DNA of 64,000 nucleotides from assembly GCA_963836075.1 (NCBI GenBank), contig CAWIIB010000001.1, positions 2,048,001-2,112,000 of the forward strand, in the 5' to 3' direction. A model generated the notes under the pieces. The model was not told the DNA's origin, did no database searches, and saw only the letters and a program-made list of their open reading frames with translations. Position numbers and translations under genes: made by a program. This DNA comes from an uncultured Acidobacteriota bacterium. GTDB taxonomy: Bacteria > Acidobacteriota > JAQAZP01. Below, in pieces: positions 10,939-19,441 of this stretch. Each line of letters opens with the position of its first letter. Position 1 is the stretch's first letter.

Positions 10939-13700
10939 CTATCTCGGCGCAAAATCAGCGGCGGTAAATCGAGGTTTGGCCCCCGGGGCCACCGGTCCCG
11001 CCAGGGGCCGTTCCACGGCCTGCCTCCCGCGGCCGTCCAGCGGGAAACGTCCGCCGGCGAGGTTGGCCCCCAGGTCCATCCCGGGGATCGCCTCGAAGGC
11101 ATACTGCAGCTCGCCCTGTCCATCGGCGTTGATGGTGATCGACACCGCAACGGCCCCGATGCCCGGCTGGGGGCCTGGAGCGACGAGGATGTCGTCGGTG
11201 CCGTCGCCGTCCATGTCGGCGGATCCCACCCTGGCCCCGAACCCGGTGCCAAAGACAAAGAAACTGATCTCGTCGATGGGCGTCACCGCGGATCCGTCAT
11301 AGTTGAAACCGCGGATGTGACCGGGGAAGGTTGCGCTGGGGCCGGGCGCGGTGATGATCTCGTCCATCCCGTCGGCATCAATGTCGCCGCAGGTCACGTT
11401 CACTCCCCATCGCGGGGTGCCGTAGGCAAAGAAGCTCACCGCGGGGATCGGCACCGCCGGACCGCCGTCCACGTTCCACCCGCGGACGTGGGGACCGAAC
11501 ACCGGGCCCGGTCCGGCCCCGGTGACGATCTCGTCGAAGCCGTCACCATCCAGATCACCGGCGGCCACGTTCACGCCATACTTGAGCGTACCGTAGGCAA
11601 AATAGGAAACACCGGGCACCGGCACCACCGGGCCGGAGCCGTCGTAATCAAAGGCGCGGACGTGCGGCCCGAACACCGCCCCCGGTCCGGCGCCGGTGAG
11701 GATCTCGTCGAACCCGTCACCGTCGATGTCGCCGGCGCCGACATTGACGCCCCACTTCGGTGTTCCGTAGGCCAGGAAACTCAGGCCGGGAAGCGGCGTA
11801 CCGTCCACCTCGAAACCGCGGACGTGGGGGCCGAACACCGGCCCCGGCCCGGCGCCGGTGAGGATCTCGTCATAGCTGTCGCCATCCAGGTCACCGGCGG
11901 CCACGTTGGCCCCGTAGCGGGGAACGCCATACGGCGTGATCTCGGGCCCCAGGGGGGCTCCGTAGGCGTCAAAGGCCCGCGCCGCGGGCCGGTTGTCCGG
12001 ACCCGGCCCCGGAGCCACCACCACCCCGTTTTCGCTCTGGATCTTGCAAAGCACCTTCAGACCGGGGTCGAGGAAGATCCTCGTCGGCTCGGCAGGCACC
12101 ATGATGATGAAGGTTTCCGACTGCTGGTCCACCCGGACCGTGGTCTCCACGTCGCCGGCCGGGGTCCTGATCAGCAGGTCCAGCGGCATGTCGAAGAGCG
12201 GGGTCACCGCGTCCACATCCTGGATCTGCTCGATGGTGACATAGAGGTTGCCGGCGGAACTGGTCCAGTTGACCCGGTATTCGGGGTAGCCGGCCATATA
12301 AACCCACTGGTCGAAGAACCAGTCCCAATCCTCGCCGGTAACGTCTTCGATCACCTGCTGGAAGTCGGCGGTGGTGGCCGAGTCGTAACGGTAGCGGTCG
12401 GCCCATTCGCGGTAGATGTCGACAAAGGTCTCGTAGCCCACCTCGCTGCGAATCATGTGCAGAATCCAGGCGCCCTTGCGGTAGACCGTCCCCCCCACAT
12501 GTAGTCCGGGTCATAGATCGGGAAGCGCCCCTCGGAATACTCCTCGGACTGGAAGTAGTCCCAGCGGTTGTCGATCATCTGGAAACGGAAAGCCTCGTCA
12601 CCATAATAGTGCTCGGTGAACAGGGCGTCGAAATAGGTCGCGGCGCCCTCGTTGAGCCAGATGTCCATCCAGGTGCCGCAGGTCACCAGGTCGCCCCACC
12701 ACTGGTGGGCCAGTTCGTGGGCCACCACACTCTCATAGCTCCGTAGGCCATCCACCAGGTTCGGGCTCCAGGTGGTCATGGTCTCGTGTTCCATCGCCCC
12801 GCTGAACGGCGCCACCGCGTGGCCGTAGGTGTCGAACGGGTAAGGCTCGAACACGGTTTCGAAGAATTCGAACATCGCCGGCATGTTGGCCCAGTCGTAT
12901 GCCGCGTCGTCATAGTGGCTGGGGTAGACAAAGGACTTGATCGGGATGCCGCTTGGCGTGGTCTGCTCCAGAATCGCGTAGTCCGAGACGGCCAGTGATA
13001 TCAGGTAAGTAGGGACGGGATAGTCGAGGAAATAGCTGGTGGTACTGGTGCCGTCGCCGTTGTCCACAATCCCCTGAAGGTCGCCATTGGAGGCCACCAG
13101 CAGATCCGAGGGAGCGGTGATGTGACCACGGTACCAGTCGGCCTTGTCGCTGGGGATGTCCCGGCAGGGGAACCAGCCCCGGGCATCCTCCGGCTGAGAG
13201 TGAGTGTACACCGTGCCGCCATTGCTGCTGGTGAATCTCAACCCACTTGTCGGCATACCCTCATAGGAGACGGAAAACAGTCGTGATTCGCCGAGGCTCA
13301 TCGGTGACGACGGCGTGACCCGCAGTTCCTCGTTCTCATGGGTCCAGCTCACTGCCGTGCCGCCGTCTTCCACCACCCCGGTGACCGTGAGTCCGATCAA
13401 GTCGAGGGTGAACTGGGTGAGACCGGCCTCGGTGCTCTCCATTCCCACATCACACTGCGCATCGATGGTCCGGGTGTCAGGATCGAGAGCGATGGTCAGG
13501 GTATAGGAGATCACATCGTAGTTGTCGGTGGACCGGCTCTTCCAGTCCGCTGCCGCCCTGGCAAAAGCCGCCTTGCCCTGCTGGCAGGCCAGCGAACCAT
13601 CGACGCGCCGGGGAAGATCCCGCTGCTGCGCCATCAGGGGCCCGGCGGCCAGAAACCCGATAAGGAAGACGAAGAAGACCTTGCTGAGTTTGCGGTACAT
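10939..13700 (-). CDS. Secreted M1 zinc aminopeptidase with C-terminal propeller module; frameshift in a 7-nt G run at 12490-12496
   Basis: Signal peptide MYRKLSKVFF, 'GAMEH', 'HELAH...WLNEG'; 'VYRKGAWILHMIR' continues in the second frame; homopolymer indel joins the two ORFs. Confidence 0.9.
11044..12027 (-). repeat. C-terminal propeller module, copy 2
   Basis: 5 full + 1 split repeat, closing strand GANLAGGRF. Confidence 0.9.
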
Positions 13701-13943
13701 GACCACTCCTCCCCGAGATGCGGAAACCCCACTCCCGATGGTGGCGCGAATTGACGCCCCGCTTTTTTGTTCCTGACCTGCCCCCGGCCGGATGCCGCGG
13801 AGCGCATACCTGTATAAACGAAAATAGGGCGTCACAGTTCCCCATCTGAATGGTGGGATTATCCCCCGCTTTCGCGAGGGGATCGGGATCGGCCGGATGG
13901 AGTTGCCGGCGGCCGCCGAACCGGGTCCGGCGGCCGGCAGGAT

Positions 13944-14570
13944 CTAGAACGGGAGGAAGTTCTCTCCGTAAACCATTTTACCTCCCAAATGACCGACAAA
14001 GCCGATCAGTCCGGCGGCAGCGGCCATCATGGCCAGGTAGATCCAGCGCACGGTTCCGGTGAAATTCTTCCTCGCCCTGAACCGTGTGGCCAGCGCGACG
14101 AGACAGATGAAGAGAACCAGGAAGGCCAGGTTGCGGTGGGTTTCCACCGGATAGTAAATGCCGGCGGAAACGGTCATGGAATTGGCCCGCAGCAGCCCGG
14201 TGGAGAGGGCCGGCACAAAGGCCAGCACCCCGAGGGCCAGTGCCCAGAGCCCGGCGGCTTCCAATTCTCGGCGGCCGAGGACAAAGGCCAGCAGGTCCAG
14301 GAGCAGCACCAGGGTGATCCAGCCGATGGGAAAATGAACCAGGGCCGGGTGCAACCGCCCCGCCATTTCCGCCACCCCGGGCTCGGGATCGGCCTCGACG
14401 ATCTCGAAATCATCGAAACTCTCCAGTTCCTCGATCTCTTCCGTGCCGTCGTCCGATGCTTGCTGGGCCCCCACGGGCGCCGCCGGAGGTAACAGGACGG
14501 CCACAAGAACAAGAATGAGCAGAAGGGATACGCGGGGAAATACGTTGTGCAGCCGGCCCTGTTCGTTCAT
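13944..14570 (-). CDS. DUF2231 membrane protein
   Basis: 'HPALVHFPIG', central H, 'GHLGGKMVYG'; signal-like N-terminus and acidic linker. Confidence 0.8.
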   Translation of the reverse strand: MNEQGRLHNVFPRVSLLLILVLVAVLLPPAAPVGAQQASDDGTEEIEELESFDDFEIVEADPEPGVAEMAGRLHPALVHFPIGWITLVLLLDLLAFVLGRRELEAAGLWALALGVLAFVPALSTGLLRANSMTVSAGIYYPVETHRNLAFLVLFICLVALATRFRARKNFTGTVRWIYLAMMAAAAGLIGFVGHLGGKMVYGENFLPF

Positions 14571-14589
14571 CGTTCGAACCTCCCGGTGG

Positions 14590-15000
14590 TCACTCCTCCA
14601 GATTGATCACGACCCGTCCATCCTCCAGCGACGTCTCGAAACGGTGCAGCGCTTTCTCCGCCGGCCCCTTGAGCACATTCCCCTCCAGATCGTATATCGA
14701 CCCGTGGCAGGGGCACTCGATCTTGTCGCTCCCCTCCTTGTGTTCCACCGTGCACTGCTTGTGGGTACAGGTGGGGTCGAACCCGCTGACCGAATCTTCA
14801 GCATCCCGGATGAACATCACCATCCGGCCCTTGAGCTTGATGGTCATGGACGAGCCCACGTCCTTGAGCTTCTCCAGCTTGTCCATGCCGATGGCCAGCT
14901 TGCCGGCACGGGCCGCCCTGGCCGGCCAGAACAGAACTGCCCCCAGGGCTGCGGCAATCGATTTCAATACCGTACGTCTCTTCATCTTGCGTAACTCCAT
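14590..15000 (-). CDS. Tat-exported Rieske [2Fe-2S] protein
   Basis: 'KRRTVLK' Tat motif; CTHKQC and CPCHGS ligands. Confidence 0.9.
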   Translation of the reverse strand: MELRKMKRRTVLKSIAAALGAVLFWPARAARAGKLAIGMDKLEKLKDVGSSMTIKLKGRMVMFIRDAEDSVSGFDPTCTHKQCTVEHKEGSDKIECPCHGSIYDLEGNVLKGPAEKALHRFETSLEDGRVVINLEE

Positions 15001-15110
15001 CATTTCACACATTTCACGTCAAAGTTATCGAGAATAGAATCACACATCGTGGTCTCTATATCAAGTTCAAAATGTGTGGAGGAACAGGGTCCGGCCGGCC
15101 GCGTTCCGGA

Positions 15111-17531
15111 TCAGAAGCTGCCGCCGGCCACGTTTCCGCCGTGACCCAGCCCCAGATCTTCAAACGCATCGAAATCCATGGCGCCGGCGGAAGCCGATCC
15201 GCCATCCACGTTCCAGACCCGAAGCCGGGCCGGCTGGTCCGGGTCGGGGCCAGGCATGGTGAGGATCTCGTCGAAGCCATCGGCATCGAGGTCACCGCAG
15301 GAGATGTTGACCCCGTAAAGCGCACCGGGATAGGCAAAAAAGTTCACCCCGGGAATCGCTGCCGCGGCACCACCGTCAACGTCCCAGCCACGGACGTGGG
15401 CGCCGAAGATCTGACCGGGACCGGAGCCGGTGACGATCTCATCCATCCCGTCGCCATCGATGTCGCCGCAGGTGACGTTGACACCGTATTTGAGGGTGCC
15501 GTAGGCGAAGTAGCTCACCCCGGGGATCGACGCCGCGGCGCCGCCGTCCACGTTCCAGCCGCGGACGTGGGGACCGAACACCGCACCGGGGCCGGCACCG
15601 GTGATGATCTCGTCCGTCCCGTCACCGTCGATATCCCCGCACGAGACGTTGACACCGTATTTGAGGGTGCCGTAAGCAAAGTAGCTCACACCGGACACCG
15701 GCGAGACCGACCCGCCGTCACTGTTCCAGCCGCGCACGTGGGGACCGAAAACCGCACCGGGGCCCGCGCCGGTGACGATCTCGTCCATCCCGTCACCGTC
15801 GATGTCCCCGCAGGTGACATTGACCCCGAACTTGTTTGTGCCGTAAGCGAGAAAATTGACCGCCGAAACCGGGGAGCCGGCGGTGGAAAAGGCACGGACG
15901 TGGGGACCGAAAACCGCGCCAGGGCCCGCGCCGGTGACCAGTTCGGCCCGGCCGCTGCCGTCCAGGTCGCCGGCGGCCAGGTTCACACCCCAGGCAGGTG
16001 TGCCGTAAGCCAGCCACTGTGACAGGGGCTCCCCCGGCGCCTGGGCGCTGTACATCCGCACCAGCGGCGGGTTGGTGGAAGCATGACCGGGCCCGGTGGC
16101 CACCATGGTCACATCCAGCGGCACCAGGGCGATGTCGCGGACAGTGGCCTCCTCCCAGATCACCGGGACGTTGTCCAGCGTCTGGGGCTCATACCCTTCT
16201 GCGCTGTACGTCACGGTGTATTCCCCGGTGTAGAGTGGCCGGACGTAGTTGCCATGGTCCGGGTCGCAGTGCACCGGAGTGGGCATGTCGATGCCCGAAA
16301 CGGTAATTTCAGCGGCCACCGGCCCGCCGGTGATCGCGTCGGTCACCGTGCCGGTAAGTCCCTTGCCGGCCAGGTCGATGTGGTAGAGCATCGACTCCCG
16401 GTTGTCGTCCCAGTAGTCGTCGATCTGGGAAGCCGGCGGCGATGAGGGGTCGGACAGTTCGATGATCACGTCGTAGTCGGCATACCAGTAGTAGTTCCAG
16501 TCCTGCATGCTGCCGTGGGTCATATACCACTCGACGCCCCGGGTCACACCGTCCTCGAAATAGGAACTGCTGTACATCGGCTCGTTGCGCGAGGCGTAGC
16601 CGAGGGCCATGTGGTAGAAGACCGTATCGTCCGGGCAGTAGTCCCAGGTGGAATCCCAGGGGTAGTTCACCACCGTGGCCCCGGTGTGGAAGTTGGCCGA
16701 GAGCACGAAGGTCTGCTCCAGCTGCCAGAGCATCACCAGCTGGGTCTCGGTGCCCCGGCCGTCGGGTTCGTTCACCGGGTCTTCGATGAAATCAGGGAAG
16801 TCACGGTTCAGGTCCCGGCCCTGGGCGTTGTAGCGCGAACCCGAGACATAGCCGTCGGGGTTCATCAGCGGCATGATAAAGATTTCGCGGTTGTCCACCA
16901 TGGCGGTGATGGCCGGGTCGGAGCCGTAGTTCGCCAGCAAATGCTCGATGAGGTTGAGCAGCAGCGGCACGCAGAGGGTCTCGTTCCCGTGCATCGCGCC
17001 GATATACTTGAATTCCGGCTCGGCTTCCTCGGTGCCGGCATTGTCGCTGATCTTCATCACCCAGAGGTCGCGGCCGTTGGTGGACTGGCCGATGCTGAAC
17101 AGGTCGCAGAGACCGGGATAGGAGGTTTCCATGTCCTGCAGCCAGGTCTCCATCTCACTGAAGGTGGGGTAACTGGTCCATTCTCGCCCGGGCTGGGGGA
17201 TGTAGCCCTGTTGCCCGAGGGTCTCCAGATACTCCCGGCTGTTGTCCACCATGGGGTAGACCGTGAAACCCCGGGCCAGCAGTTCCAGCCGTTCCCGGTC
17301 CACGAGATACGCTTCGGCATACTGCCCGGGACGGACCGTGGTGATATCGAGATCCATGGCCACCAGTGCACCAACATCGTTCTCGCCGCTCAACACGATG
17401 CGGAACAGGTCCGGATTTCCGGCAAACATCGCGGAGTCGACCCCGGCCGGCACGATGGCGGAAACCGTGGCAAAGAGGCAGATGAACAATACAATGGTAA
17501 ACCGGCTCAACGATTTCTGGTGCTGGCTCAA
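15111..17531 (-). CDS. Secreted M14 zinc carboxypeptidase + regulatory beta-sandwich + C-terminal propeller module
   Basis: Signal peptide, 'HGNE', 'NPDG', 'DLNRDF', 'NFHTG', 'GSMQDWNY', 'IIELS'; 'GLTGTVTD' carboxypeptidase-D-like domain. Confidence 0.92.
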   Translation of the reverse strand: MSQHQKSLSRFTIVLFICLFATVSAIVPAGVDSAMFAGNPDLFRIVLSGENDVGALVAMDLDITTVRPGQYAEAYLVDRERLELLARGFTVYPMVDNSREYLETLGQQGYIPQPGREWTSYPTFSEMETWLQDMETSYPGLCDLFSIGQSTNGRDLWVMKISDNAGTEEAEPEFKYIGAMHGNETLCVPLLLNLIEHLLANYGSDPAITAMVDNREIFIMPLMNPDGYVSGSRYNAQGRDLNRDFPDFIEDPVNEPDGRGTETQLVMLWQLEQTFVLSANFHTGATVVNYPWDSTWDYCPDDTVFYHMALGYASRNEPMYSSSYFEDGVTRGVEWYMTHGSMQDWNYYWYADYDVIIELSDPSSPPASQIDDYWDDNRESMLYHIDLAGKGLTGTVTDAITGGPVAAEITVSGIDMPTPVHCDPDHGNYVRPLYTGEYTVTYSAEGYEPQTLDNVPVIWEEATVRDIALVPLDVTMVATGPGHASTNPPLVRMYSAQAPGEPLSQWLAYGTPAWGVNLAAGDLDGSGRAELVTGAGPGAVFGPHVRAFSTAGSPVSAVNFLAYGTNKFGVNVTCGDIDGDGMDEIVTGAGPGAVFGPHVRGWNSDGGSVSPVSGVSYFAYGTLKYGVNVSCGDIDGDGTDEIITGAGPGAVFGPHVRGWNVDGGAAASIPGVSYFAYGTLKYGVNVTCGDIDGDGMDEIVTGSGPGQIFGAHVRGWDVDGGAAAAIPGVNFFAYPGALYGVNISCGDLDADGFDEILTMPGPDPDQPARLRVWNVDGGSASAGAMDFDAFEDLGLGHGGNVAGGSF
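15114..16109 (-). repeat. C-terminal propeller module, copy 3
   Basis: 5 full + 1 split repeat, ends GGNVAGGSF*. Confidence 0.9.
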
Positions 17532-17646
17532 TCGATAACTCCCTGGTGCACCGCCAAACCGGCGGTAACTTCATACTGCGGCATCCCGGACCGTGGCGCC
17601 GGGTATTCTAGCAGGCCGGGCCATTGGGGCATAGAAGGAAATCGTC

Positions 17647-18420
17647 TCAGGAGCGGGGTTCCATAAGAAACCACCGCATGCGTCCGGGGCGGTCTTCGCT
17701 GATGCAGCGCAGCAGGTACTTCTTCCACAACGCCGCAAACAGTGTGGAGAGGGGAAAGGGGAAATCGTCCACCGTCCGCGCTCGGGAGCGAATCTCGGTG
17801 ATCTCGTGGCTTTTCTGGAACCGCTCGGTGAGCAGATCACCGATCTGCGGGAAGATGAAGTCATGCAGTTCCACCAGGATGTGGACCCTGGACAGTTCGG
17901 GGATCACATGGGGGTCGAGGAGCAGGCTCTCAGCCCCTTCGGCATCCATGAAAACGAGGCAGTTGGTGCTGCGGCTGAAACAGTTGGCGAAGGCGGGAAT
18001 ATCACACAGCCCATGGACGATGACCCGGGTCTGGACACCGTTCAACTGGGCCATTCTGCGGGAACACTGCTGTCCCCCCTCGTCCGACTCGAAGGCGATG
18101 ACACCCGCGCCGGGCATACACCGGGCCAGGCCCACCGCATAGTAGCCCTCTCCGGCCCCGACATTGACCACGTGATCCAGTTCCAGGGAGCAGAGTTTTT
18201 CAATGGCGGCGTGCAGTTCCTTCTCGTAGGTGCCCAGGATCTTGGGGTAATACTGGCTCCCCACACTGGCCCCGATGTAGGTCATGCCGGAAAACGGTCC
18301 CGAATGGACCTTGTACCCGGTTTCCCGCTGAATACGACGGTAGACAAAGTAACTGGGGTGCAGAGAACTGAACCGGGTCCGCAAGGGGTTTAGAATCCGC
18401 TGTTTGAAAAACGTGAGCAT
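17647..18420 (-). CDS. FkbM-like SAM-dependent methyltransferase
   Basis: 'GTYEKE', 'NVGAGEGYY', 'AFE', 'MDAEGAE', 'VELH'. Confidence 0.75.
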   Translation of the reverse strand: MLTFFKQRILNPLRTRFSSLHPSYFVYRRIQRETGYKVHSGPFSGMTYIGASVGSQYYPKILGTYEKELHAAIEKLCSLELDHVVNVGAGEGYYAVGLARCMPGAGVIAFESDEGGQQCSRRMAQLNGVQTRVIVHGLCDIPAFANCFSRSTNCLVFMDAEGAESLLLDPHVIPELSRVHILVELHDFIFPQIGDLLTERFQKSHEITEIRSRARTVDDFPFPLSTLFAALWKKYLLRCISEDRPGRMRWFLMEPRS

Positions 18421-18501
18421 GACCGTTCCTCGGACTGTTGCTGCTGGCGGCACACGGGCCGGACGAGCGCCATTATACGTAAACCGGCGGGAACTGAACA
18501 A

Positions 18502-19425
18502 TTACCCTGAACCGGCACGAGTTCGACCTAGTGTGGTGTCCCTCTCGAAAGGCTCGATGTGCACCACCACGTCCATCACCCCCGGCCCGTCCTCGATCAG
18601 CCGCCGTTTCACCGCGCCCGCAATCTCGTGCCCCTGCAGAACCGAGAGGTTCTCGTCCACCTGGACGTGGAGATCCACCTGGGTGCCGCCCCCGGAAAGC
18701 CGGGTGCGCAGTGCGTGGACATCAAGGACGCCTTCAATGCTCCGGCTCAGCTGCAGGATCAGCCGGCGGTCCTCGGAGGGTGCGCCGCGGTCGGTGAGCT
18801 CGCCAAAAGCGTTGAAGAGGATGCGCCAGGCAGCGTGGAGCAGGAAGACGGTGACCAGCAGGGCGGCAATCTGGTCCACGAACGACCAGCCGGGGAAGAA
18901 GATCGCCACCACCACGGCCAGGGCCACCGGGATGGAACTGAGCGCATCGCTGCGGTGGTGCCAGGCGTTGGCGGCCAGGGCCGACGATCCGGTCCGTTGG
19001 GCAGCGGCCCGGGTCCACTGGTAGAGCAGTTCCTTGAACAGAATGGAGATCGCGGCGCCGGCAAAAGCGACCCAGCCGGGGGTGGGCCCCGATGCGTCGT
19101 GAATGGAGGTCAGGGCCTGGTAACCGATGCCGAAGGCCGCCGTGGCGAGGAAGAGGCCGATGGCCGCACTGACCAGGGTCTCGATGCGGTGATGGCCGTA
19201 CGCGTGGTCGTCGTCGGCCGGGGCGGTCCATAATTTGACGCCGAGAAGCAGGGCCAGGTCGGTGCCCAGGTCGGAGAGGCTGTGCGCGGCGTCGGCCACC
19301 AGGGCCTGGCTGTGCCCCACCACACCGAGCACGAACTTCAAGCCGGCAAGGAGGATGTTCACCGCCATGCCCACCACCGTTACCCGGCGGATGGTTGCAC
19401 AGTTGCCTGACCTGTCTTCGCTCAT
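18502..19425 (-). CDS. Cation diffusion facilitator (FieF-like) transporter
   Basis: 'ALVADAAHSLSD', 'HAYGHHRIE', 'HHRSD', C-terminal 'VVHIEP'. Confidence 0.92.
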   Translation of the reverse strand: MSEDRSGNCATIRRVTVVGMAVNILLAGLKFVLGVVGHSQALVADAAHSLSDLGTDLALLLGVKLWTAPADDDHAYGHHRIETLVSAAIGLFLATAAFGIGYQALTSIHDASGPTPGWVAFAGAAISILFKELLYQWTRAAAQRTGSSALAANAWHHRSDALSSIPVALAVVVAIFFPGWSFVDQIAALLVTVFLLHAAWRILFNAFGELTDRGAPSEDRRLILQLSRSIEGVLDVHALRTRLSGGGTQVDLHVQVDENLSVLQGHEIAGAVKRRLIEDGPGVMDVVVHIEPFERDTTLGRTRAGSG

Positions 19426-19441
19426 GCCTGTCTGATCACCT

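Noticed and set aside
13861-13883. GAAA-tetraloop hairpin (minus strand) as an ncRNA
   Set aside because: A single hairpin downstream of the DUF2231 gene, most simply a terminator or stabiliser; no recognisable RNA family
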